Origin: Octopus bimaculoides | Lineage: Eukaryota | Direction: 5' to 3' | NCBI RefSeq assembly: GCF_001194135.2 | Contig: NC_068983.1 | Span: 24,525,470-24,589,469, forward strand | DNA: 64,000 bases | Shown here: positions 13,790 through 27,000 of the stretch, piece by piece | Layout of the letters: the number at the start of each line of letters is the position of its first letter | Position numbering within the stretch: the stretch's first letter is position 1 | Made by a program: the position numbers and the translations under genes | Notes under the pieces: generated by a model | What the model saw: the letters and a program-made list of their open reading frames with translations, nothing else | What the model was told of the DNA's origin: nothing | Databases searched by the model: none

Positions 13790-14205
13790 TAGATGGGTAG
13801 TTAAGAAGCTTGTTTTGAAACCACATGACTTCAGGTTCAGTCCCACTGCATGACACATTGAGCAAAGGTCTTCTTACCAGAGCCTTGGGCCAACCAGTGC
13901 CTTGGGCCAACCAGTGCCATGGGCCAACCAGTACCTTGGGCCAACCAGTGCCTTTTGAATGAATTTGGTCGATGGATACTATGTGGAATCCTGTTGTATA
14001 TATGCGTTTGCATATTTGTGTAAGCCTTTGTGTTTGTATTTGACTCCCTACCACTTGACAACCTGTGCTGGTTTGTTTAGTAGCAGCACAGCAATGAAAT
14101 AAGTATCAGACTTACAAGTACTGGTGTTGATTTGTTCAAAACTCTGCAAAGTAGCCCCAGTATGGCTGCAGTCCAGTGATTGAAACTAGTAAAAGATAAA
14201 GATAA
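13790..14205 (+). mobile_element. SINE family A with internal 17-bp x4 tandem expansion
   Basis: CTTGGGCCAACCAGTGC-type unit repeated four times at 13884-13951 inside the central domain. Confidence 0.8.
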
Positions 14206-14689
14206 GATGTTCAGGAAGTTGAGAGAGTACTGATGGCTGAGTGGATAGGTCACTAGACAACCAATTGAGACATCAGCAGTGCTTTCGATACTGACCCAGG
14301 ACAGTGAATTGGAAGATTTGTTGAAGGCAGTAGCAGAGCTGGCAAGAAACCTTGCTATGTTTGTTCCTGTTCTTTGTGTTCTGACAGCAACAGCTGCCAT
14401 GGTATGGTGACAAACTGCATCAGACCACATCAGCAGCTTTTCCCTTGGATGAACATTGGTGACACAGAGAGAGAAGAGACCTTGTATATGCATAAGTATC
14501 TGTTAGTCTTCCTCTTTTTGTCTACAGTGAGAAATTTTCCTCCCTGACAAAATGCAATGAATGTTTTTTTTCATGAGCTCAAATATGTCTTGAGTATATT
14601 TGAAATGGTAACAAGTTTATATGTGTACACTATACTGCTTAGCACTTCTAATCCATATTTTATAATGAACAGGCTGGAATATCATAAGA

Positions 14690-14960
14690 GTTGACTCAGG
14701 CCATGTCTAATTTAATAGCACAACCTGGAAGAGATACACAATCAGCTCTGGGGAACCGTAGTCCATTCAAGCAGAGGGTTATTGTTTTCAGAGACATATC
14801 TGGGTGTAGGTGGTTTATCTAGTATTTGTTGTGGGTAATCATCTAGGGATCGTTTGAATGCCGTGAAGTCACTTCCCTCCTTTATGTGTGTCTGGCATGA
14901 TGTTGAAGAGAGCAAGGCCAATTGAAGTGAAATAGTTCTGTCATGGTGTTGTGCCTCCCT
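14690..14960 (-). mobile_element. CR1/L2-group LINE 3' fragment
   Basis: Minus strand with one frameshift: QNYFTSIGLALFNIMPDTHK / SDFTAFKRSLDDYPQQILDKPPTPRYVSENNNPLLEW, resembling the ORF2 end pattern F...GP.LFN.LP...FKR.LD.YL..IPD.P.TPGY...NSL. Confidence 0.6.
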
Positions 14961-16694
14961 TTACAGTGATAGACGGTGGTGGTGGGGGTGCTTTGAACTA
15001 TCTTGGTTTGTTTACACCTATCTGTCTACAGTGAGAATTTTTATCTGTGACAAAATGCAGTGAATGGATTTCTTGTAGGTTTAAATACACCTCCAGCATA
15101 TTTAAACTGGTTACATTTATAAAAAGATTTTGTCCAGGCCTACACATACATTTCTAGATGCATGGTTGGCATTGACCAGTAGAGACCCTACAAAACTGCA
15201 TTTCTGTCTGTTACAAAGACATCTACCCATTAGATACCCTAAATCATTCAACAGTTTCTGCTGGAAGCAAGTTCTGCATGGCTGGAATTACTAAGCTGCT
15301 CTGTTAAATTTGGTGAATGGCTTGTTAATTTGCAGTGCTGTGTTCAGTACGTCCTGCAGAGCTCCGAAGAAGCCACTTCAGTACTCTAGAGTTACTTAAT
15401 AATCTTAGCTTGTGTTGATCTTGGATTTCGAAACCAGTTATAATTATAGGCTGCACATGAAAGTTGGATCTCATGTTAATTATTATACAGATTGTGTACT
15501 CTCTACCAAAGAGATAATTTAAAAAAAAAAAAATATTTTTACTACAAAATATTATCAATATGTTCAAGATGAACTTTTACTGGTTAAATATATTCCTTCC
15601 AAAATAAAAGCTGGGTTGGCAATTAATGAACATTCTCATCCTCTGATTTTTTTTTCCCCTGCCATATAATAATAAAAGTCTTTACTGTTGCTATTTAGTC
15701 ATTAATGACTTCAGTTTTCAATTAATTCAGCTGTAATGAATCTACATTTTTTTGTTTGATCTTTTATTTTGGATGTGGTAGTAATTGTTAGTTAAAAAAA
15801 AAATGGGATGAGAGAAAGCAATGTGAATACATCAATCATAGTTTGCTTTCACAGAATTATTTGAATCACACACTACAAGTTAACCAAATACCTTGCCTCA
15901 GTAAGCTGTGTATTTCTTTATGCTAGGTGGAGTGAATCCACAAGAATAAGATGTCTTTGCCATAGATATAGCATATAGTAATGATTATGAAATATGAAGA
16001 GTTGTCTCAACACACTATCGATCTAGTTAGTCAGATATGTGTCTCAAATTTAATTTTAATGTCACGTGAAGATTGAGATGTCACAGTTTAGCGTAACATA
16101 ATGACAATTTTCTTTAACTTGATTAAAGATAACTGTTGAAACATTCAATTGACTGCTTTTGGAACCATAATAAATGGATCTTTTAATTACTCACTTGTTA
16201 GTATGAATAATGGAAATAAGATTTCGATTAAGAACTTCTCTTTTCTCTCTGACAGCGTTAATGTTCATTAAATTTAAAACCTTGTTAAATCTTATCTCTT
16301 CACCATTTAATATTATTGGAGCATCACTAAAGTGTTCTTTGTAGTGTCATTGTAACTGTGGGCATTAATTTTTCATCACCCCGAAATGTTCTTTTTATTC
16401 CCATTCAAATACTGTCGATTTCTTTTGTTAATACACACATGTAGTCGAAGCCGAGTTATTAACCTCAGCGTATTACTGGGATGAAGTGTAAAGTTTGTTC
16501 CATTGAGATTTGACCTTAGAATGCAGGCATGGGTAAAGTTGTATGGTTATGATATTTGCTTCTCAAGCACATGGTTTCAGGTTCAATCTCATTGTGTAGC
16601 ACTTCGTGTAAGTGTCCATTACTTTAGTCTCAGGTTGGCTGATACCTTGTGAAGAAATTTGATTGGTGAAAACTAAAATGGAAGCCTGTTTTAT

Positions 16695-17046
16695 GTGTGT
16701 GTGTATGTGTGTGTGTGTGTGTGTGTGTGTATACATGTCAGTATGAATGCTTATAATCTGTGTGTGTGTGTGTATGTGTGTGTATACATGCCAGTATGAA
16801 TGCTTATAATCTGTGTGTGTGTGTGTGCATGTCAGTATGAATGCTTATAATCTCTGTGTATGTATGTGTGTGTGTGTGTATACATGTCAGTATGAATGCT
16901 TATAATCTGTGTGTGTGTGTATGTGTGTGTGTGTATACATGTCAGTATGAATGCTTATAATCTTTGTGTGTGTGTGTGTGTGTGTTTATGTGTGTGTGTG
17001 TGTGTGTGTGTGTGTATACATGTCAGTATGAATGCTTATAATCTGT
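16695..17046 (+). repeat. Compound minisatellite: six copies of a ~28-bp core separated by variable (TG)n
   Basis: Core ATACATGTCAGTATGAATGCTTATAATC at ~16731, 16785, 16826, 16880, 16935 and 17016. Confidence 0.9.
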
Positions 17047-18717
17047 GGGAGTTACTCTACAGATGGGGGACATCACCATCTGTGACTGGGCTGCAACTAG
17101 TAATGTTTGATGACATTTCCTGCTAACAAATCGTCTGCTAGCTGTGCACTTTCAAATTCTTTTGGCATTGAAATTCCCTAACTTGAAAAAAAAAAAAACA
17201 TTTAACCCTTGCTAGCATGGAGAAAACAGACATTAAACAAATGAAGAAATGAAACAAAGAGAGATGATACATTTAGTCAGCTGATTTAACTATTTCTGCT
17301 TACTTACTTACTCACTGCTAACTCACCACTATTCTCTTCAGTTCTAAAGTTCTGGCACCATGCCACAGATCTGGAAGAATATAGATGAGATTATGAGGTA
17401 TTCATACTTTTTCTCAAAAGTGTTTAGTTGCACAAGGAAGAAGAATTAGCTTTGACTTCGAATCAGACATGCCATAGTGACATCATAACATCTGCAAGCT
17501 TACATCTCTGTACTCTGACCTTCATCACCTTTCAATGAAGTGTTATTAATAGAGGAATTTCATTACTTTTATTCTGCCTATTAGTTATTTCATGACATTA
17601 TTTAATGTCATTTCAAATTTGGAGATACATTGCTGTGGTTATCGCTTTTATGCTTACACCTGCACTGGCACTGGTTAAGCTGCTAGTGCCGTTGACATTG
17701 CTGTTAATTAGAATCTTCAAGCCATTACTATTAAACAATGGATCATTTTAGGTTTAGATATTTACCATAATTGATTTGGCCTAAATTCTGGAGCTGTTAC
17801 TTAAATTTGTACATGCTATGCATATCTGATAGTCGAGTGGGTAGCTCTCACTCACTCACTCAAATATTTTACATTGTTGCACACAGCAAATTTGTTTCAC
17901 TGCTAACTTTAACATCCTATTACTCATTTTAACAGGATTATTTTGTTTTTTGTTACTTATTTTCATATAATTAACAGCGGTAGTAGTGATAATGGTGGTG
18001 GTGGTGCTGATGGCATTGCTGGGGTAGACTCAACAAATTTGATGCTATTTTCAAGAGAATACTGTCTCAAGTTTCTATTTATTCACTGTGTCTATGGACT
18101 CTCCCCAACTATTTGGACTGTATTTAGTCTTAGTTTACAGTTTATCTTTTCTAACCTGTTTATTTACTATTTTGAGATATCATCATCATCATCATCATTA
18201 TTATAGTGTTGTTGTTATTATAATTATACTTAGAAATACCTACTTTTTACCATAATGTATTCATATTTTGTGATTCACAGAAAGTGTGTGAGAATTTCAT
18301 GCTTTCGTTTTGATGTTCAATGATAATTATGTCTTGTTTATGTGAGCGATATTTACAGTAACATTGAATTTCTTGATGAAAATCTTTGTAAGTTCTTCTA
18401 AACATAGGCTTTTCCAAAGCATCAAGGGTAGTAGATTAGCAAAGCTATAAGAATATCTGGTTGAATGCCTGCTATTTACTCCAGCTCTTTGCAATCTGAG
18501 TTCAACTGACACCTTGGCCAGCTCACACCAACTCACACCTTGGCCAAACTGAATCCATTGTCTGGTTTAATCACTAACACCAACACCTGGCATCTTGGGT
18601 GCCTTTAGCAGAGTCCTCTCTGCTGAGAGTACCCAAACCCTTAGACTGAGTCACCAGTTTGGTTATATCTTCCTGGGCTCCACCTGCTTATCTTATTGTA
18701 ATGGTTCTATAATGGTT

Positions 18718-19340
18718 CATGGGCATTGCTATATCTCCTGACTAAAAATTAGGAAAGGAGAAAAAAACACTTGCTCCTTTTTTTTCCTTATACTTTGAGA
18801 ATGCTATTGTCTAAGACCCACACCACTGAAACATTTATATGCTTGTTTATTGATCATGTGAGCATGAGTTCAAGCCTTATCACTACAGCCATTCTGTTGT
18901 GTTCTTAACAAAATATATAGCTTCCTCTCGCTCAAGTTTGCTTTGTTGATTATAAAACTAGTTCCTGTTCCTCTTTGCAGTTCAGTGGTCTGTGGTAATG
19001 GTAATAAACAAGCCATGGAAATTGCTATATCGCCTAACTAAATATATCTCCTGGTAATAAATGAGTCATGGGCATTGCTATATCTCCTGATTATAAAACA
19101 AGAAAAGGAGAAAAAAACTTGCTGCCTTTTTTTTTTCTTATACTTCAATACTCACATAACTAAAAGATTTATGTACTTGTCTATTGACCACATGGGCTTG
19201 AGTTCAAATCTTATCACTATAGAAAATCTGTTGTGTTCTTGAGCAAAAAATATAGTTCCTCTTGATCAAGTCTGCTTTATTGATTATAAAACTGGTTCCT
19301 GTCTTTTTTTTTTGTAATCCAGCAGCTTTTGGTAATAAGA
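18718..19340 (+). repeat. Diverged ~350-bp tandem duplication
   Basis: Units start with CATGGGCATTGCTATATCTCCTGA at 18718 and 19067 and stay collinear through GATTATAAAACT.GTTCCTGT. Confidence 0.85.
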
Positions 19341-19609
19341 AGGGCATAGAGATGTAAGAATAACCATTGCTCTTAAATTAATCCATCCCACCTATGTAGC
19401 AAGTAAAAGTGGATATATAAATGTAAAACAAAGCAAACAAAAAACGAAAACAACAAAACATTTGCTCAAAGATGTGGTTGTATGGTTAAGGAGCTACCTT
19501 TGCAACCATGTTGTTTTGAGTTCAATCCCACTGACAATGGATTCAGTGTGTGTGTGTGTGTGTGTGTATGTATGAGATGTATACATATGTGTATGTATGT
19601 ATCATCATC

Positions 19610-20045
19610 ATCATCATCATCATCATAATCGTTTAACATCCGCTTTCTATGCTGGCATGGGTTGGACGGTTTGACTGAGAACTGGCAAACCAGGAGGCTG
19701 CACCAGGCTCCAGTCTGATCTGGCAAGGTTTCTACAGCTGGATGCCCTACCGAACGCCACTCTGAGAGTGTAGTGAGGTTTTTTTTATGTGCCACTGGCA
19801 CGGGTGTCAGTCAGGTGGTACTGGCATCAGCCACAATAATGATTTCACTTGACTCAAAAGGTCTTCTCAAGCACAGTATATTGGTCAATGATTGAAGGCT
19901 ACTCTTAAACGGGCTGGTTATGAGACACTGGCATAGGCCACTGTTACAGTCTCACTTGGCACAGCATAGCTCCAAAGGTCTTGGTCCCTTGTCATTGTCT
20001 CTGTGAGGCCCAATGTTTGACAGTTGTGCTTCACTGAGTCTAGAA
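19610..20045 (-). mobile_element. RTE LINE 3' end with (GAT)n tail
   Basis: CQTLGLTETMTRDQDLW in the minus-strand ORF, the same 3' UTR as 49915-50300, and a (CAT)n run on + at ~19602-19625. Confidence 0.82.
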
Positions 20046-20704
20046 CATTGTGTATATATGTATGTATGTACGTGTGTATGTATGTATGCATATGTATGGA
20101 TGCATGTGTGTGTATGTATGTATATATGGATGTATATGTATGCATGTATGTATGCATGTATGTGAGTATGTATATGTGTGTATGCATATATGTATATGTA
20201 TGTTTGTATGTATGTGTGTGTAGTAGTAGTAGTTGTAGTAGTAGTAGTTGTAGTAGTAGTAGTAGCAGAAACAATCTGACTTATATGTACATCATTCTAA
20301 TGAAGCTGAACAGTGTAGAAAGTCAGCAATATATCAAGTTGGAGACATTAAGGCCCAAGTAGGAATCCTAGTCTATGCAATTCCGTTCCAGCAGTGAGGT
20401 CATCAAGAGCGATCTTCAGAAATTGTGGTAGCTTGGACTGATTCATTTGTGAGTATTCCCATGCATGAAGAGTGTAGTGCAAGTCTGTTTCCATGACATG
20501 TGTAGTGTCTGTGTGTGAGTGTTGTTGAAGGAGGGAGTCTGGGTTGTCATGACTCCACTTTGGAGGGCGTTTTCAAAACTTCATTCCACGGTAGCAGTAC
20601 AACTTTGGCATGTAGTGCATAGTTTGCAAATAGAGGAAGTGTATTGTCAAATAGTATGATAGGATGAAACATGGTAAAACTCATGTATGGGTGTGTTTGG
20701 TTTG

Positions 20705-21020
20705 AAGTAACATGGTTCAGTGGTTAGAGCATTGGGCTCACAATCATGAGGTAGTGAGTTTGATTCCTGGACTAGAGCAAGACACTTTATTTCATGTTGC
20801 TCCAGTTCACACAGCTGTAGAAATGAATTGTGATGTCACTGGTGTCAAGCTGTATCAGTCTCTGCCTTTCCCTTGGATAACGTCAGTGGCATGGAGAGGA
20901 GAGATTGGTATGCATGGGTGACTGCTGGTTTTCCATAAACAATAATGCCTGGATTTGTGCCTCGGAGGGTAACTTTCTAGATACAATCCCATGGTCATTT
21001 GTGATCGAAGGGAGTCTTAA
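20705..21020 (+). mobile_element. tRNA-derived SINE family D
   Basis: A-box TGGTTCAGTGG, B-box GAGTTTGATTCC, body collinear with 1895-2248 (-). Confidence 0.8.
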
Positions 21021-21620
21021 GGTAATTAATACAGAGAATAAAGAATGTGGGAGATACAACCAGACCCTCAGATGCACTGAAGTTAATAGAATAATCATCA
21101 TCAGTTAGTGTTCACTTTCCATGCTGGAAAGATGGTTTGACCGGAACTGGTAAGCTGGAGCAGTACTAGGTTCCAGTCTGATTTGGCTTGGTTTCTACAC
21201 TTAGATGCCCTTCTTAATGCCAACCACTCCATGGCTAAAGTAGAAGAGTAGAAGACACTTGCTCAAGGTGCCATGTAGTGGGACTGAACCTAGAGCCATG
21301 TGGTTGGGATGTAAGCTTACTTGGGTGGTAGACTTAATTTGTCACCCAGCTTAACACCACCATCTGGCACCTTGGTGCCATTTGCAGCATCCATTCTGTT
21401 GCAAGTGTTTGACCCCAGGTATCTTTCCTTCCTCCCTCCCTCCCTCCCTCCCTCTCTNNNNNNNNNNNNNNNNNNNNNNNNNNNNNNNNNNNNNNNNNAC
21501 CATTATTAGAAATTTTGCAAAGGATCAAAGGCTCTGCATTTTCTTCTTGATTAAATGAAAAATATTACATCAGTATGGATTGCTTCTGCAGCTACCTCCT
21601 CCACAACTGCCACCACCACC

Positions 21621-21691
<71 letters not shown>

Positions 21692-22757
21692 ATTCAGCAA
21701 TAGCTGAGTTTTGCATTGACATATTTTGAAATAGAAGCAACAATGTCATGTTCTTCACATGAATGACAACCATCTCACAACTATGTCATTCTCTGCCATT
21801 TTTGCTATGCAGGAGCCACAAATGCTTGAACAGCGTTATAAAATTTTCATTTTAAAGGGATTTAGCCTTCACTTTAAAATTAAGAACCACTTCATTTGCA
21901 GAGTGGCTTTAAACTTTAATACTATAATCTGTACAGTTTATGGAATGTTGTTTCCACATATGGAGTAAATTATCATTATCCTTGATTTTTATTTCCTTTT
22001 TAAAAGTATTTCATGTGAAATGCATTGTCGCCAGCTGTGATCTTGCAGCAGCTTCTTCTATGCATTCGCTTCCTCTTACCTTCTCCATATAATCTTCTTG
22101 CTATATATTGAATTTTTAAAATCATGTCGGTGTGTAGGTATAAGCAAGCATATAGTTAGGAAGTTTGCTTTGTAACCGTATGACTTAGGGTTTGATTTTA
22201 CTATGTAATACTGTGGGTAGGCACTTTCTACTATAGCCTTGGGTTTACCAATGCCTTGTGAGTGGAATTCATAGCTGGAGACTGTAAGAAGTCCATTATA
22301 TAAAGTTGTGTGTGTGGTGTGTGTGTATGTGTGTTTTTCTCGTTTTCCTCTGAAGTTGTTTGTGCATTATTAAAAATACCACCGTCCATACAATTGGTAT
22401 CATTGATTTACAATCTGCCACAAACCATTGTGTAGCTACTGAGTTGTCCATTGGGCTCAGGGTAAATATTACTGTTTGGAAACAACGAAGGGTTGGTGAT
22501 TAGAAGAGCATCTGCCTAAATATCTTCATATGACCCAAATCATCATGGATGTGGAGACATGTGGCCTAGTGGTTTTGGGTGTCGGACTCATGATCGTAAG
22601 AGTGTGGTTTCAATTCCTGGATTGGGCAACACGTGTTCTTGAGTAAAACACTTAATCTTTTCAAGTTGCTCCAGTCCATTCATCTAGCAAAAGTGAGTAA
22701 CCCTGCAATGGACTGGCATCCCATCCAAAGGGTAATATACATTCATACATATATCTA

Positions 22758-22884
22758 CAGGGTGTCCACCAAGTGTGGCTACATGGAGTAAATAAAATCA
22801 TAACATGAACAATTAAATATAAGAAATAATAATTTCTTAAAGTATGTGTTAATCCCCATGTACCCAGACTTTGTGGACGCCCTG
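22758..22884. mobile_element. 127-bp Tc1/mariner-type MITE
   Basis: 29-bp TIRs matching 25/29 (CAGGGTGTCCACCAAGTGTGGCTACATGG vs reverse complement of 22856-22884), with TA at 22756-22757 and 22885-22886 and an AT-rich core. Confidence 0.85.
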
Positions 22885-22892
22885 TATGTATG

Positions 22893-22938
<46 letters not shown>

Positions 22939-23174
22939 ACAGAAATCAGGAAACTGGCCCTTATGAGTTCATGTGGTTTGAGAAGGATGTTTTATCCTTA
23001 TCAAATCATTATAGAAAAGTGGACAATAAAATAATGATGATTGTGATGGGGAAGAGAATGGAGATGATATTAATTTATCAAGAAAAGAAAATAGATGTTT
23101 CATTGAATACACAAATGATTTTTGGGAATTTAGTGAACATTTGAAACTATTTTGGAGATTGAGTAGTTGGATTT

Positions 23175-23550
23175 TCAGGCATGGCTACATGGTTAAGAAG
23201 CTTGCTTCCCAACTATGTGGTCATGGGTTCAGCCCCTCAGTGCAGCACCTTGGGCTATAACCCTGAGCCTATCAAAACCTTATAAGTGGATTTATTAGAC
23301 GGGACTGAAAGAAGCCCATTATGTGTGTGTGTGTGCGCATACCCCTGTCTTGACTTCATATGGTGGTTGTAAATGAGTATCTCTGTCAAACAAATGGTGT
23401 TGTTCATTTCCAGTCATCTGTGAAAAACCTGTCTGATTATGTAGGAACCTTACTTGGTTGGTGACAGGCTTTAGAAAATCTGCTTCGACATATACCAACT
23501 GACCCATGCAGGCATGGAAATGTAGGCATTAAATTATGATGATGACTATT
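23175..23550 (+). mobile_element. SINE with family A head joined to an RTE-type (GAT)n tail
   Basis: A-type head and central domain, then GGTTGGTGACAGG...GACCCATGCAGGCATGGAAA...ATGATGATG. A more diverged example lies at ~22140-22560. Confidence 0.7.
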
Positions 23551-24572
23551 TTTGTGTAGACAGTGTAGTAACACAGGGATACCAATGAAGACACTCTACC
23601 TCCTTCCATAGTGTATCCTGAGACAATCTTCACTTTATAACCTATATCCACAGAGGTAGTTGAATTCATTGCTGCAAGCTACCAAACTGTTTGCCACAAT
23701 TACAGACCTGGTTCTGCATTTACTATTCCGGCTCTGTAGAAATTATTTACATGTGGATTATTTGAAAGTTAATCAGATTGGTATATTCACAACATTCTAG
23801 TAATAATGAGATACAAACCAGTGAGCTCTCATTTAGTTCTTCAGTACCCTGGCCACTTGGCTATATGTTCTCTCTATCTCTACTCTTGTCGATGTCAAAG
23901 ATTAGACGCATTCATTTTCTTAATCTGAAATGTTTGCTTAATCTAAAAATCCATTTTGATAGTATAGAGTCTTCAGTAACTGAATACTTCTTAATTTTGA
24001 GAACATTGTAGCTATAATGTGCTTATTTCTGTTAATTCTTAACTTTTTTCATCTTCTTTGGTTTGATATATTACAAAAGTAACACAAACTATAACCAGGA
24101 TATAACCATGATATATATAACATCATTATTTAATGCATGTGCCTGTGCGTGTGTGTTTAGTTGTATACATGTCTGTGTGTGTCTATATATATGTGTGCAC
24201 AGAGAACAGTTTTTTTTTTTCAGACATGTTATATTAAAAGCACAACTATGTTCAAGATTGATATTTTTAAAAAAAATTTTATTTGTTTTTTTTTTTGTGT
24301 ATTTCCTTATATATCATGAAATCTATCTTGATTTACTGTTATATAATATTAAATCTGGCATTGAAAATTTTATCAGTTTTAAAATCATTCTCAAGGCCCC
24401 TTTTGCAACTTGCTAACAAAAGTTTAATTCTAAATTGAGATTGTGAAAGGCACAAAACGGCAATCTTATGGATTTGGAAACATTATTCTACTAAACTAGC
24501 AAAAATACAGAATTTATAAGGAAATAAAAAAAATATTGTTTTTAGTGTATCATATGCACACACACACACACA

Positions 24573-24603
<31 letters not shown>

Positions 24604-25324
24604 AATCACAGCTGTCACACAGAAGTAAGTATGACTTAGTAACATATACCATGCTTTTGTAATTTGTTTTAGGTGCTCATGTAGTTGCAAGCAAAATGAA
24701 ACTCCGTTGGCCTTCCCTTCTTTGATCCAATGAAACATGAAAGATGTGACAGCTGGGGAAAGAGAGAGAGGGCTGCACTGTCGCTCAGCTGATGTGCTCC
24801 TTTTCAGTTGAGTTGGCTGAAGCAATGTGAAATGTAGTGTCTTGCTCAAGGACACAATATACCATCTAGTTTTGGAATGAAACCAAGAATCTTATGACAC
24901 TCCTCTCACCAGTACATGCATGCACTCACACGCATGCATACACACATACACACAGATACACACCCACACATGTAAAAAAAGGATCAAAGGTCCTTTCCAA
25001 GTAATAGGCTCATATGGCTGCCTGGTTTCTCCAGATTCTATAATGTCTATATCCCCACCTTCACTGGATAGGATGCCAGTCCATTGCAAGATTACTCACT
25101 TTTGCCATCTGGGTGAACTGGAGCAACAGGAAATAAAGTGTCTTGCGCAAGAATATAATGCATTGCCTAGTACGGGAATGGAAACCACAATTGTATAGTC
25201 ATAAGCACATACTTTACCCACTAAGTCACACACCTCCACCACAATATCAAAGATCAGGGAGATCAGAGGTCCTTCCTGAGCCATAGGCCCATAAGGCCAG
25301 TTTACCAGATTTTGTGGCACCTAT

Positions 25325-25542
25325 TCTCTCTCTTTTAATTGTTTCAGTCATTTGACTGTGGCCATGCTGGAGCACCGCCTTTAGTCGAACAAATCGACCC
25401 CGGACTTATTCTTTGTAAGTCTAGTACTTATTCTATCGATCTCTTTTGCTGAACCGCTAAGTTACAGGGACGTAAGCACACCAGCATTGGTTGTCAAGCG
25501 ATGTTGGGGAGGACAAACACAGACACACAAATATATACACAC

Positions 25543-25587
<45 letters not shown>

Positions 25588-25751
25588 TACAACGGGCTTC
25601 TTTCAGTTTCTGCCTACCAAATCCACTCAGAAGGCTCTGGTCGGCCTGAGGCTATAGCAGAAGACACTTGCTCAAGGTGCCACGCTGTGGGAATGAACCC
25701 AGTACCATGTGGTTGGTAAGCAAGCTACTTACCACACAGCCACTCCTGCGC
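25325..25751 (-). mobile_element. SINE family A, full length
   Basis: Reverse complement of the family A body. Confidence 0.9.
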
Positions 25752-26349
25752 TTATATTCATCCCACCGAATGGGATGCTAGTCTGTTGCAGGATTACTCA
25801 TTTTTGTTAGCAACTCGAAATGAAGTGTTTTGCTGAAGAACACAATGCAACACCAGGTTCAGGAAGTGAAACCACAATCTTATGCTTATGAGAGCAACAT
25901 CCTAAACATTAAGCCACATGCCTACACACAGCACTATCTTTATGGCTGTAAAGCTTTGATTGTAACTTGAAGCACTTACCTCTGTTAAACTGCCTTTTGA
26001 TATTTCATGGAAATTTAAAAATTTTGAAACGTAAACATAAAAAAAAAATTAAAAAATCAATATTGGAAAATAGACCAGTTTTTTTTTATTTGTTTTTGTT
26101 TTTGTCTTTTTTTTTCTGTATTATTTCACTTTAGATATTGATTGATATTAATCTGTTTATGAAAAAATTGCTTTTTTACTTTTTCTGAAATTTGAAAAAA
26201 CAAACAAATAAACAAAACAAAAAAAAACAAATGTTTTTGTGAATGATTTTAGCAGTTAGAAGAGTATTTAATGTGGTTGTATTAAATAATTTATAAGTCT
26301 TTGCGTGTAGTGTTCAATATCTTGTCCCTGCATTTCACTTGGCCTGGGT

Positions 26350-26964
26350 GTTTAGTGAATTGGCAGACTTGTTAGCATGCTGGTCAAAATGCTTGATAGT
26401 ATTTCATTTGAATTTAGGTTCTGAGTTCAAATGTCGCCAAGTTCATCTTTGCCTTTCATCCTTTGAAAGTTGATAAAATAAGTGACCAGTTGAGCACTGT
26501 GGTCAATGTAATTGAGTAACCTCCCCCTCTGCCAAAATTTCATACCTTCTCCTTATCTGCCAAGCAAAATTCTTAGCAGCCTTTCTTCTGCCTCTATGGT
26601 CTGAGTTCAAATTCCGCCGAGGTCGACTTTACCTTTCATTCCCTCAGGGTCGATAAATTAAGCACCAGTTTAAGTACTGGGGTCAATGTGATCAACTATC
26701 CCCCTCCCCCAAATTTCAGGCCTTGTGCCTTTAGTAGAAAGGATTATTATTATCATTAAGGCAGAATCGTTAGCATGCTGGGTAAAATGCTTGGCGGCAT
26801 TTTAACTGTCTTTACGTTTTGAGTTTAGATTCCGTTAGGGTCGACTTTGCCTTTCATCCTTTCAGAGTGAATAAATTAAGTATCAGTGAAATGCTGGAGT
26901 CAATGTAATCAACTAGTCCCTTCCTCCAAAATTTCAGACCGTGTGTTTTTAGTAGAAAGAATTT

Positions 26965-27000
<36 letters not shown>

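Noticed and set aside
14077-14493. 138-aa minus-strand ORF
   Set aside because: It overlaps a SINE-A tail and degenerate repeat sequence and shows no domain motif.
16695-17046. CRISPR-like repeat-spacer appearance
   Set aside because: Spacers are (TG)n rather than unique sequence, there are no cas genes, and the context is eukaryotic.
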